A stretch of DNA of 21,509 nt from Thermodesulfovibrionales bacterium (GCA_044450345.1 JBIOIY010000052.1:1-21509), one strand, 5' to 3'; shown: positions 6,713 to 15,384, numbered from the stretch's first letter. Notes: generated by a model not told the origin, from the sequence alone. Numbers and translations are program-made.

Positions 6713-7807
6713 ATGAGCGGTTCAGCAAGTTCGGTATTTTTCGGGTTATCCACCATCGCATATATCCTTGCCATGATCTTGTACATAGGATATCTTGCAT
6801 TCAGAAAAAGTCAGGTGGGGGTCGTTGCAACTACGGTCACCATTGTCGGCTTTATATCCCAAACGTTGGCTATATTGCTGAGATGGAAGGAGTTTCATGA
6901 GATCGGCCAGATGGGATGGCTGAGGGCCGTGCCTCTGACCAATCTCTATGAATCGCTTGTCTTCTTTGTCTGGTGCCTGATACTCGCCTATCTGGTGATA
7001 GAGTTCAGATACAAAAACCGCTCTTTCGGTGCTTTCATCACGCCGGTTGCAGGGCTTGTCCTTGCGTTTATCGACATATCCGGCATGTCGAAGGACATAC
7101 AGCCTCTTGTTCCGGCACTTCAGAGCAACTGGCTGCTCGTCCATGTCATGATGAGCTTTATCTCCTACTCCATGTTCGCAGTCTCCTTCAGCACCGGCCT
7201 GATGTATCTTATTGTCAGGACTGAAAAGAGGAACGAGCCGGCATATATATTCTGGACGGTGATGCTCAGCGTTTTTATCTTAGTTCTCTGCGCTATGGGC
7301 CTGGATTACCTTACGTTTAAAGTTTCAGTAAGGAGTCAGGAGGAGCTTATAAAGAGCTATCTTTTTAAAGCCACTTTCAGGAGCAGTTCGTCCGCGATTT
7401 CGCTCCTGAGTTTTGCCGTGTCCGCGGCGTTTACGTTCGTCATCTGGAGGTTTGGGGGCGCGCTCAAGAGAGTCATCACCGGGCTTAACATCTCTGCCGA
7501 CACCCTTGATGAAATTACCTATAAGAGCATCGCTATGGGATTTCCGATCTTTACCCTAGGAGGACTCATATTCGGGGCGATCTGGGCTGATCAGGCGTGG
7601 GGGAAATATTGGACCTGGGACCCCAAGGAGACATGGTCCCTTATCACTTGGTTTTTTTACGCCTTCTATCTCCACAGCCGCCTCATGAGGGGATGGAAGG
7701 GAAAGAGAGTAGCCATGGTCGCGGTGTTAGGGTTTGTCGCGGTTATTTTTACCTATCTTGGCGTCAATCTCCTCCTCTCAGGCCTTCATAGTTATGGGTC
7801 GCAGTAA
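6713..7807 (+). CDS. ccsA: Cytochrome c biogenesis protein CcsA/ResC (WWD-domain heme lyase subunit; named CcsB in some schemes)
   Basis: PLTNLYES, LVPALQSNWLLVH, WWD motif GAIWADQAWGKYWTWDPKETW, YLH, GVNLLLSGLHSY; directly abuts resB. Confidence 0.96.
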   Translation: MSGSASSVFFGLSTIAYILAMILYIGYLAFRKSQVGVVATTVTIVGFISQTLAILLRWKEFHEIGQMGWLRAVPLTNLYESLVFFVWCLILAYLVIEFRYKNRSFGAFITPVAGLVLAFIDISGMSKDIQPLVPALQSNWLLVHVMMSFISYSMFAVSFSTGLMYLIVRTEKRNEPAYIFWTVMLSVFILVLCAMGLDYLTFKVSVRSQEELIKSYLFKATFRSSSSAISLLSFAVSAAFTFVIWRFGGALKRVITGLNISADTLDEITYKSIAMGFPIFTLGGLIFGAIWADQAWGKYWTWDPKETWSLITWFFYAFYLHSRLMRGWKGKRVAMVAVLGFVAVIFTYLGVNLLLSGLHSYGSQ

Positions 7808-7824
7808 GCATAAAGTTGCATGCA

Positions 7825-8178
7825 ATGAAGATCTTAGTCGTTGATGACGAACAGTTGGTCCGCTGGTTTATGGAGAGGGCGCTGCGGAAAAGCGGCCACG
7901 AAGTAATTACCGCATCTAATATTGCAGAGGCTTACGATAAACTTAGTGCGGAGGATATAGACCTGCTTTTTATTGATCTCCGGATGCCTGAGGGAAATGG
8001 CCTGGAAGTGATAAAAAAAGTGGTCAATTCACCAAAAAGGATCAAGGTTGTTGTCTGCTCTGCTTTTGTCACTGCGGAGCTTGAGGATGATTTCAAAGAC
8101 AAGGGGATACACGTACTCAAAAAACCCTTCAAGCTCGATGAATTGAATTCTACCGTGAAGAGTTGTCTTGGAGGTTAA
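7825..8178 (+). CDS. Single-domain response regulator (CheY-like receiver)
   Basis: KILVVDDE, phospho-acceptor in FIDLRMP, CSA, KPF; no output domain. ATG 7825 preferred over TTG 7816. Confidence 0.92.
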   Translation: MKILVVDDEQLVRWFMERALRKSGHEVITASNIAEAYDKLSAEDIDLLFIDLRMPEGNGLEVIKKVVNSPKRIKVVVCSAFVTAELEDDFKDKGIHVLKKPFKLDELNSTVKSCLGG

Positions 8179-8243
8179 TGTCTCCGCAATGTCGTGCCGA
8201 CCGTCCCGGATGTTTTATTCACTCAAATAATGACTTATTTCCC

Positions 8244-8273
8244 TTGACTATTCTCGGTCCTTTCCATAACAAT
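8244..8273 (+). promoter_or_regulatory. Putative sigma70 promoter of the ceramide operon
   Basis: TTGACT at 8244-8249 and an imperfect -10 (TAACAAT, 8267-8273); ATG at 8284 without SD. Confidence 0.35.
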
Positions 8274-8283
8274 AAATGACCCT

Positions 8284-9246
8284 ATGAAAGCCCTGGTGAC
8301 AGGAGCTGCAGGCTTTATCGGAAGCTATCTTGTGGAAACCTTGAAAGAACGAGGCTATGAGGTGACATGTCTCGCGAGAAGGTCTTCCAACCTCAAATGG
8401 ATAGAACATCTCGGTCTGAAATATATTATTTGCGATCTTTCCGATGTCGAATCACGTGCCGACGAAATCAGCGGGTTTGATTACATATTTCATCTGGCCG
8501 GCGTGACCAAGGGGTTATGCGAGCGCGACTTTTTTCATGCCAACGCGGAATGCACGGAGAAATTAGTTCGTGTAGCGGCCGAAAGAGGAGGCGGTCTGAA
8601 AAGGTTCATCTACCTCAGCAGCCTTGCCGCCGTAGGGCCGGGCGACGGCAGTGAGGCCGTGAGAGAGGATTCGCCCCCGCTGCCTGTTTCCTTTTACGGC
8701 AGGAGCAAGCTCGAAGGGGAGAAGGCGGTGCTTCAGTATAGAAACAGGTGCCCCGTGACGATCATAAGACCTCCGGCGGTGTACGGACCGAGGGACACCG
8801 ATTTTTTTGTAATGTTCAAGATGATAAAAAAAGGCGTCTTCCCGTTCTGGGGGACATGCCTCTATTCCTTGCTCTATGTTGAAGATCTCGTTCGGGGCAT
8901 CATACTTGCGGCGGAGAAGAAAGAGGCGGCGGGTGAGATATTTTTTTTATCGGACGATATGGTTTATACTAACGAGGATATTGCGGCCGAGATATCGGAG
9001 GCAATCGGCGTAAAAGCGATGAAAATCCGTTTGCCCCGACCGCTCTTGCCTTTATTAGCTTTTGTGGGTCAAAAAATTGACAAAAAAGGTATAATTAACA
9101 GAGACCGGATAAATGATTTCCGCTATTCCAACTGGACATGCGATTCAAGCAAGGCAAGAAATGAGCTGGGTTTTCGTTCAAGAATAATGTTAAGGGAAGG
9201 GATAAAATGGACGGCAGACTGGTACAGAATTCACCGATGGCTATAG
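8284..9246 (+). CDS. NAD-dependent epimerase/dehydratase family extended SDR; candidate ceramide or 3-keto-sphinganine reductase (CerR-like)
   Basis: [32 protein letters not shown]. Function inferred from the overlap with spt. Confidence 0.85.
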   Translation: MKALVTGAAGFIGSYLVETLKERGYEVTCLARRSSNLKWIEHLGLKYIICDLSDVESRADEISGFDYIFHLAGVTKGLCERDFFHANAECTEKLVRVAAERGGGLKRFIYLSSLAAVGPGDGSEAVREDSPPLPVSFYGRSKLEGEKAVLQYRNRCPVTIIRPPAVYGPRDTDFFVMFKMIKKGVFPFWGTCLYSLLYVEDLVRGIILAAEKKEAAGEIFFLSDDMVYTNEDIAAEISEAIGVKAMKIRLPRPLLPLLAFVGQKIDKKGIINRDRINDFRYSNWTCDSSKARNELGFRSRIMLREGIKWTADWYRIHRWL

Positions 9247-10433
9247 AGAGGTCGGCAGACCTTTTCGACAAGTGCTACAGGTTCACCAAGGCGAAGGAAT
9301 TGATCAACGCCGGGATGTATCCCTATTTCAGAGTGATCCAGAGCGCACAAGACCCCGAGGTTGTGATTGACGGTAAAACGATGATCATGGTCGGCTCCAA
9401 TAATTATCTGGGTCTCACGAACCACCCCAAGGTCAAAGAGGCTGCACTGGATGCCATAAAGAAATACGGTTCGGGTTGTGCGGGATCGAGGTTCCTGAAC
9501 GGCACACTGGATATCCATGTACGCCTCGAAGAGAAGCTCGCGCGTTTTATCAGAAAAGAAGCCGCACTCGTGTTTTCGACGGGCTTTCAGGTAAATCTCG
9601 GTGTCATATCGTCCCTTGCAGGGAAGGACGATGTCATTATTATCGACAAGATGGACCACGCGAGCATTATAGACGGATGCCGGCTCTCCTACGCTGAAGT
9701 CAGGAAGTTCAGGCATAACGATATGACCGATCTCGAAAGGATCCTGGTCGAGAACAAGGACCGGAGAAAGCTTATAGTAGTCGACGGAGTTTTTAGTATG
9801 GAAGGCGATCTTATCAACCTGCCCGAGGTCGTCGCTCTTGCCAAAAAATATGGCGCGAGGGTCATGGTCGACGACGCCCATGGCATTGGTGTGCTGGGCA
9901 AGACGGGCCGCGGCACGGCCGAACACTTCGGGCTTGAAAAGGACGTCGATCTTATCATGGGTACGTACAGCAAATCTCTTGCCTCTATCGGGGGATTTAT
10001 CTCGGGAGATGAAAGAGTGGTCCACTACATCAAACATTTCGCAAGGGCACTGATCTTCAGCGCAAGCCCTCCCCCTGCATCGATAGCCGCGGTCAGCGCC
10101 GCACTCGATATTATCGAAGGCGAGCCGCAGCGAATTGAAAAGTTATGGGAAAATACATGGAAAGTCCACAAGGGCTTCAAGTCGCTCGGTTTCGAGATAG
10201 GGCCCACTGAAACACCTATCATTCCCATTCTTGTCGGCGAAGACCTAAAGGCATTTACCATGGCGATGATGCTCCAGCAGGAGGGTGTTTTCGCCAACGT
10301 GGCGGTGAGTCCGGCCGTGGCCAGCGGCAAGGCGCTTATAAGGACCAGTTATATGGCCACGCATACTGATGAACATATTGAGAAGGTGCTGAGCGCCTTC
10401 GAAAAAGTAGGCAAGGCCCTGGGCATTATCTGA
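9237..10433 (+). CDS. spt: Serine palmitoyltransferase (PLP-dependent alpha-oxoamine synthase family)
   Basis: [20 protein letters not shown] (SPT-type; differs from KBL SVRFICGT and BioF ASRLxxG), DHAS, DDAH, PLP-lysine motif GTYSKS, FSAS. ATG 9237 preferred over 9207. Confidence 0.85.
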   Translation: MAIERSADLFDKCYRFTKAKELINAGMYPYFRVIQSAQDPEVVIDGKTMIMVGSNNYLGLTNHPKVKEAALDAIKKYGSGCAGSRFLNGTLDIHVRLEEKLARFIRKEAALVFSTGFQVNLGVISSLAGKDDVIIIDKMDHASIIDGCRLSYAEVRKFRHNDMTDLERILVENKDRRKLIVVDGVFSMEGDLINLPEVVALAKKYGARVMVDDAHGIGVLGKTGRGTAEHFGLEKDVDLIMGTYSKSLASIGGFISGDERVVHYIKHFARALIFSASPPPASIAAVSAALDIIEGEPQRIEKLWENTWKVHKGFKSLGFEIGPTETPIIPILVGEDLKAFTMAMMLQQEGVFANVAVSPAVASGKALIRTSYMATHTDEHIEKVLSAFEKVGKALGII

Positions 10434-11533
10434 TGATCGAAGTCATTGAGGCCCGGGAGTCTCTCGATGACTTTATCAAATTCCCCCTGTCCTTATACTC
10501 GGGTGATCCCCTGTTTGTACCGCAGCTTACAAGGGAGATGCGCGTGCATTTCTCGCCGGAAAATCCTTTTTTCGATCACGCCAGCGCTAAATTTTTTATC
10601 GCGGTGAAAGAAGGCCGCCCGGCAGGCAGGATAATATCTTTTGTGAACAGGAGGCACAACGAGTTCCATCACGAGAAAACGGGCTTCTTCGGCTTTTTTG
10701 AGTCGGTGAACGACGGGTCCGTCTCCCGTGCCCTCTTCGACAAGGCGGCCGCCCACCTGAAAGAGGAAGGGATGGAAGTGGTGAGGGGCCCGATGAACTT
10801 TTCAACGAATGATGAATGCGGTTTTCTGATAAATGGGTTTGCAGAACCTCCCTTTATCATGATGCCCTATAATCCGCCTTATTATAACGTCCTCGCCGAG
10901 GATTACGGCTTCAGGAAGGTCAAGGACCTCTACGCCTATCTCTATACGCTTCGGGACAGACTTCCCGAAAAGATCTTAAGGGTTGCGGCTATCGTGGAAA
11001 AGAGGGGGATATCCGTGAGGCCTATCAATATGAAGAACTTTAGATCGGACATGATGATATTCAAAGACGTGTATCACTCGGCGTGGGAAAAGAACTGGGG
11101 TTTTGTGCCTATGACGGATGAGGAACTTGATTATTCAGCGGCGAGGCTGAAGCAGATTATTATCCCGAGGATGACCCTTATTGCGGAAGAGGAAGGCAAA
11201 CCAGTAGGATTCATGGGATTGGTCCCGGATTTTAACTATGTCCTTAAACATATGGGCGGAAAGATGAACCCGGTGAGCATCGTCAAGGCGCTGTATTATT
11301 CCAAGAAGATCAAAGACTTGAGAGTGATGCTCCTGGGCACCAAAAAGGAGTTCCGGAACAAAGGCATTGAAGCGCTTCTGTTCAGGGAAGGGTTTGGTCC
11401 GATCAAGGAAGGAAATTATAAAAGAGTGGAGTTTTCCTGGATACTGGAAGATAATATACCGGTCCAGCGGACTATCGAAATGTTCGGGGCCGAGTTGTAC
11501 AAGAAATACAGGGTCTACGAGAAACAGTTGTAA
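10433..11533 (+). CDS. GNAT-fold N-acyltransferase; candidate bacterial ceramide synthase (bCerS-like)
   Basis: FIKFP..LY..DP.FVP, NPFFDH, GRI, GFFGFFE, RGPMNFSTNDECG, MPYNPPYY, WEKNWGFVP, SWILEDN; TGATG coupling to spt. Confidence 0.8.
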   Translation: MIEVIEARESLDDFIKFPLSLYSGDPLFVPQLTREMRVHFSPENPFFDHASAKFFIAVKEGRPAGRIISFVNRRHNEFHHEKTGFFGFFESVNDGSVSRALFDKAAAHLKEEGMEVVRGPMNFSTNDECGFLINGFAEPPFIMMPYNPPYYNVLAEDYGFRKVKDLYAYLYTLRDRLPEKILRVAAIVEKRGISVRPINMKNFRSDMMIFKDVYHSAWEKNWGFVPMTDEELDYSAARLKQIIIPRMTLIAEEEGKPVGFMGLVPDFNYVLKHMGGKMNPVSIVKALYYSKKIKDLRVMLLGTKKEFRNKGIEALLFREGFGPIKEGNYKRVEFSWILEDNIPVQRTIEMFGAELYKKYRVYEKQL

Positions 11534-11566
11534 TGTATGCAGACTGTTTGGAATGGCGGGATACAC

Positions 11567-12805
11567 TCATTGATAACGACCCAGGACCAGAACAGCATTC
11601 ACCCCTCCGAACCCGAACGAGTTTGAGAGTGCGATGCCGGCGGCCGCCTCTCTTTTCTCGGCTGCCACGTTCAGTGCGCAATCGTCATCCCTTCCGCTAA
11701 AATTTATCGTGGGTGGGATGGTCCCCTCCTTCAGACTCATGACTGCAAATGCGGCCTCGAGTGCCCCCGAAGCCGCGAGCATATGGCCTGTCATTGATTT
11801 TACCGCACTCACTGTGACCGCAGGGCATCTCTTCCCGAGCAGGACGGCGATAGCTTCCGATTCGATCCTGTCCCCGAGCGGGGTGGAGGTGCCGTGAGCA
11901 CTGATATAATCGATGTCCGCCGGAGAGATCCCCGCCTCTTCTATCGCACCCTTCATCGCCCGAATCAACCCGTCCCCGTTGGGCATTGTCTGATGAAAGG
12001 CGTCGGCCGTATTGCCGTAGCCTAAGACCTCTCCATAAATAGATGCCCCCCTCTCCAAAGCGCTCCTTTCCTCTTCCAGGACCACGACGCAGGCGCCCTC
12101 GGAAAGCACAAAACCGTCTCTTGCCCTGTCGAACGGCCTGCTCGCCGAGGGATCGGCCACCCGGGACAACGCACCTGCGGCTCCATACCCTTCGAGGCAT
12201 AATCGGCAGAGGGGGGCCTCCGATCCCCCCGCAATTACCGGCCCCGTGAAGCCGTTTTTTATCAGTCTGAATGCCTCTCCGATCGCATTTGCGCCTGAAG
12301 CGCAGGCATTTGAAATACCGAGACAGTATCCTCCGGCCCCCAGCTTTTGGGCAATGTATGACGGCGCCATGCTGATAGTAGTTGAGGGCATCATATACGC
12401 TGAGAAGCGTATCTTGTGCGTAAGGTTCCGGAGGAGGGAACGCTCAAGGGTGCCGATTCCCCCTCTGCTTGAGCCGATAATTACGCCGCCGGAAGAAAGG
12501 GGCTGGTAATGATTCTCCGCTGAGGTACTGTGCAATGAAAAACCCGCATCGTCAACCGCCATGAGCGCTGCGGAGACTGCGTATTGTACGAACAAATCGA
12601 CCCGCCGGATCTCTTTTCTTCCCAGGGAGAGGGAGGCATCGAAGTCTTTCAATTCTCCTGCCACCTTCCAGGGAAGATGCGACACGTCAAACCTGGTGAT
12701 GGGCCCAAGTCCGCTCTCGCCGGCCTTTGCGGCCGCCCAGGATTCCCTGAAGCTGTTTCCCAGCGGTGTGACCGCACCTATCCCCGTTATGACTACACGT
12801 TTCAT
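11567..12805 (-). CDS. fabF: Beta-ketoacyl-ACP synthase II (FabF family), orphan copy
   Basis: RVVITGIG; catalytic Cys (NACASG), His (HGTST), His (KSMTGH); SRPFD..RDGFV; NSFGFGG. ATG 12805 preferred over TTG 12811. Confidence 0.9.
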   Translation of the reverse strand: MKRVVITGIGAVTPLGNSFRESWAAAKAGESGLGPITRFDVSHLPWKVAGELKDFDASLSLGRKEIRRVDLFVQYAVSAALMAVDDAGFSLHSTSAENHYQPLSSGGVIIGSSRGGIGTLERSLLRNLTHKIRFSAYMMPSTTISMAPSYIAQKLGAGGYCLGISNACASGANAIGEAFRLIKNGFTGPVIAGGSEAPLCRLCLEGYGAAGALSRVADPSASRPFDRARDGFVLSEGACVVVLEEERSALERGASIYGEVLGYGNTADAFHQTMPNGDGLIRAMKGAIEEAGISPADIDYISAHGTSTPLGDRIESEAIAVLLGKRCPAVTVSAVKSMTGHMLAASGALEAAFAVMSLKEGTIPPTINFSGRDDDCALNVAAEKREAAAGIALSNSFGFGGVNAVLVLGRYQ

Positions 12806-12813
12806 CGTCAACT

Positions 12814-12836
12814 ATAATAGCATGGAGGATCATGCT
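12814..12836 (-). promoter_or_regulatory. Extended -10 promoter TGcTATTAT of fabF with an overlapping 6-6-6 palindrome AGCATG-N6-CATGCT
   Basis: The -10 lies 8 nt from ATG 12805 (leaderless geometry); inverted repeat at 12819-12824 / 12831-12836. Confidence 0.5.
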
Positions 12837-12837
12837 T

Positions 12838-12861
12838 AAAAAAACGCGGCCGGCAGGCCGC
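12838..12861 (-). terminator. Intrinsic terminator-like hairpin upstream of fabF
   Basis: Minus strand reads GCGGCC-TGCC-GGCCGC-G-TTTTTTT. Confidence 0.55.
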
Positions 12862-12903
12862 ACTCGGGCTTGATCGGCATACGAAGCCGACGTGGATTTC
12901 ACT

Positions 12904-12933
12904 TTGAAAATATCGGGGAAAATGTGTTATTTT
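12904..12933 (+). promoter_or_regulatory. Sigma70 promoter of rodZ (TTGAAA-18 nt-TATTTT with TG extension)
   Basis: -35 at 12904-12909, TG at 12925-12926, -10 at 12928-12933; SD AAGGA before TTG 12958. Confidence 0.5.
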
Positions 12934-12957
12934 ATTTAAAACTCCTAAAGGACTGAT

Positions 12958-13680
12958 TTGGCCGGAGAGATCTTTAAAAAAAGGCGTGAAGATTTAGGCC
13001 TGGACATCCGCGAAATAGCAGACCTTCTAAAGATCAAGGCCTCTTATCTTGTGGCTATTGAGAGCGACACGTTCGCAGAACTCCCCGCTCCGGTCTACAC
13101 GATGGGCTATATCAGGTGTTATGCGAAGTATCTTGATGTTGGCCCCGAATCAATAATCGAACATTATACGAAAAACCTTTCCCAGCCGAAACATTCGACC
13201 ATCATCCCGGTCGCCTTTTCACAGAGGAAAGTCCCCAAGATATACTATGTCATTTCTTTTGGTGTATGTGCGTTGGCTGTTTTCCTTTTTGTCTCGCGCG
13301 GTGGGACCAAACCACATGAAACAGCGAAGGTCCCGCTGAGCAATGTCCCGGTTGTTGAGACTGCTCTTCCGCGCACAAGCCAGCCAGCAGCCTGGACCAG
13401 GGGTCTTTCCCGCGGTGAACACCGGCTGGAAATAGCCGCGACCGATACGACCTGGATTTCCATCAAATTTTCTGACGGCAGATCAGAGGAGATGCTTCTA
13501 AGGCCCGGCAATTCAAAAGACATGAGATTCTCGGAAAAGGTGCTGCTTAAGATAGGCAATGCCGGGGGAATCAGGGTCAGACTGGATGAAAAGGATTTAG
13601 GCGTTCCGGGCGACAGGGGTCAGGTAATCACCTTGCCTCTTCCCCCCGGCGAGACCCAGTCTCCCGTTACCTCCCCTTAA
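12958..13680 (+). CDS. rodZ: RodZ-like cytoskeletal membrane protein (HTH_25, TM, DUF4115)
   Basis: GEIFKKRRE..LKIKASYLVAIE..LP..YTMGYIRCYAKYL; single TM; C-terminal TWISI..DG..LKIGNAGGIRV..G..GQV. Confidence 0.9.
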   Translation: MAGEIFKKRREDLGLDIREIADLLKIKASYLVAIESDTFAELPAPVYTMGYIRCYAKYLDVGPESIIEHYTKNLSQPKHSTIIPVAFSQRKVPKIYYVISFGVCALAVFLFVSRGGTKPHETAKVPLSNVPVVETALPRTSQPAAWTRGLSRGEHRLEIAATDTTWISIKFSDGRSEEMLLRPGNSKDMRFSEKVLLKIGNAGGIRVRLDEKDLGVPGDRGQVITLPLPPGETQSPVTSP

Positions 13681-13840
13681 AGCCCGGACAACCTTCAAAC
13701 CCGAAACATTTCGCCTTTTTCCTGAGCACGCATCCGGTGTTCGCACATATCGGGACCTCGTCTCCGTATGCGCTTTCCCGGCGCTTGTATTCCGGCTTCC
13801 CCGGTCGTTTGGTATTGGCAGGTGTTTTTTTGGTTTTCAT
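13667..13840 (-). CDS. Small basic four-cysteine protein, 57 aa (MKTKKTPANTKRPGKPEYKRRESAYGDEVPICANTGCVLRKKAKCFGFEGCPGFKGR); absent from the ORF track
   Basis: Fills the rodZ-tilS gap; C-x4-C-x7-C-x5-C; GGGA 5 nt before the ATG; AT-rich promoter region upstream; 14-nt tail-to-tail overlap with rodZ; alternative start at 13846. Confidence 0.65.
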   Translation of the reverse strand: MKTKKTPANTKRPGKPEYKRRESAYGDEVPICANTGCVLRKKAKCFGFEGCPGFKGR

Positions 13841-13877
13841 GCGCATCCCGCAGCCGTATCCCTTCTTGTGATGCAGC

Positions 13878-13913
13878 TTGTGCGGATTTACTCTATAATA
13901 ATATAATTATTAT
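13878..13913. promoter_or_regulatory. Divergent promoter region with perfect palindrome ATAATAAT-ATA-ATTATTAT; TTGTGC-18 nt-TATAAT towards tilS
   Basis: Palindrome arms 13895-13902 / 13906-13913; TATAAT at 13902-13907. Confidence 0.5.
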
Positions 13914-13965
13914 TCGATATGAAACGGCTTGATGAGATGGAGAGTCCGCGCAGGAGATGACAGGT

Positions 13966-15372
13966 ATGAAGGAGGCGTCGGGGACCGGAGGTTGCGGCCT
14001 TACGGAAAGGGTGGCGGATACGATTAAGAAACACGCCATGCTTACCGGAGGTGAGACTGTCCTCGTGGGACTGTCGGGAGGGCCGGATTCCGTTTGTTTG
14101 CTGAGCATATTGTCAGGCCTTAAGGAAAGATACGGATTGGCCCTTCACGCGGTATACGTCAATCACAACCTCAGACCTGAAGAGACACCCAAGGAAATCC
14201 GATTCTGCGAAGATTTTTGCAAAGAGAAGGGGGTAAATTTTCTTGTCAAATCCATCGACGTACTGTCCCTCGCAAAGAGCCTGGGACTGAACAAACAGGA
14301 GGCTGCGCGAGACTTGAGATACCGCGCCTTTGATGAGGCCGCCGTCGAGGTGGGCGCCGGGAAAATTGCATTGGCCCACAATGCGGATGACCAGATAGAG
14401 ACGATCTGCATGAGATTCCTCAGGGGGGCCGGTCCGGCCGGGCTTTCCGGCATGCCCGTGAAGCGCAGCAAGGTCATCAGACCCCTTATCGAGATCGAGA
14501 GGGCTGATATAGAGAGTTTTCTCTCCGCCGGGAACGTACCGTTTGTCGTTGATTCATCGAACCTCGGCATGGAATATTTCAGGAACAAGATCAGAAGGTT
14601 GATCGTACCCGTTATGAAAGAGCTTAATCCGTCGCTCGCCGGTACGATGGCTCATACCGCATCCATACTTCGGGAAGAGGAACGGTATTTCAGTATTGTC
14701 GTTACCAAGGCGCTGATGAAGATGATCAGCAGAAAGACGAATAACAGGATCGAATTGTTCCTTTCCCCCATGGAAAGTATGGACACCGTGATATTGCGTC
14801 GGGTCCTCCGAAGGGCCATAGAGGAGACCGACAGCCTGAGAGGAATAAGCTTTACCCATGTGGAAGACATCATAAGTCTCGTGAGGAGCGGCGCGCCGGG
14901 GAAAAGGCTGTATCTCCCGCGTGGGATAAGGGTTATTAGGGGATATGCACTGCTGGTCATTACATCAGAGAAAGCGGGGAGGATCGGCGAATATGAACTT
15001 TGTCCTCCCTCCGAGGTTGCGGTCAAAGATACGGGGACGGTGATCAGGGCATTTCACGAGGACGTAAGCGGAGACCCCGGTGACGGAAGGACTTCAGTAC
15101 TCTTTGACGCGGCTGCCATGAAATTCCCCCTCAGGATAAGACCGAGGGCCATCGGCGATTTTTTCTTCCCGATGGGCTTCGGGAGGCGGAAAAAACTGCA
15201 GGATTTTTTTGTCGATGCAAAGGTCCCGAGGGACGAGAGGGACATGGTCCCGATCGTCGTGTCGGGAGATGACATAGTATGGGTCGCAGGATACCGGGCC
15301 GACGACAGGTTCAGGGTACGAAGCGGCACTGAAAAATTTCTGAGACTCGATATCGTAAAGGGCAATTGCTAA
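13966..15372 (+). CDS. tilS: tRNA(Ile)-lysidine synthetase
   Basis: PP-loop SGGPDS, NHNLR, ARDLRY, AHNADDQIET, IRPL, DSSN..RNKIR; C-terminal GDFFFPMG..KKLQDFFVDAKVPRDER. AGGAG spacing favours ATG 13966 (13957 is the alternative). Confidence 0.96.
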   Translation: MKEASGTGGCGLTERVADTIKKHAMLTGGETVLVGLSGGPDSVCLLSILSGLKERYGLALHAVYVNHNLRPEETPKEIRFCEDFCKEKGVNFLVKSIDVLSLAKSLGLNKQEAARDLRYRAFDEAAVEVGAGKIALAHNADDQIETICMRFLRGAGPAGLSGMPVKRSKVIRPLIEIERADIESFLSAGNVPFVVDSSNLGMEYFRNKIRRLIVPVMKELNPSLAGTMAHTASILREEERYFSIVVTKALMKMISRKTNNRIELFLSPMESMDTVILRRVLRRAIEETDSLRGISFTHVEDIISLVRSGAPGKRLYLPRGIRVIRGYALLVITSEKAGRIGEYELCPPSEVAVKDTGTVIRAFHEDVSGDPGDGRTSVLFDAAAMKFPLRIRPRAIGDFFFPMGFGRRKKLQDFFVDAKVPRDERDMVPIVVSGDDIVWVAGYRADDRFRVRSGTEKFLRLDIVKGNC

Positions 15373-15384
15373 AAGGAGGTCATC

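Noticed and set aside
7804..7820. Sigma54-like TAAGCATAAAGTTGCA before the response regulator
   Set aside because: It has AA instead of the invariant GG at -24 and overlaps the ccsA stop.
9077..9095. Perfect TTGACA and TATAAT hexamers inside the SDR gene, as an internal promoter for spt
   Set aside because: The spacer is only 7 nt; both hexamers arise from the codons for IDKKGII, and no -35 lies at the proper distance.
9237..10433. Annotation as BioF (AONS) or Kbl, including pairing Kbl with the MDRs as threonine dehydrogenases
   Set aside because: GSRFLNGT and GTYSKS plus the GNAT and SDR neighbours fit SPT; no bio genes are nearby and the MDRs are in separate units.
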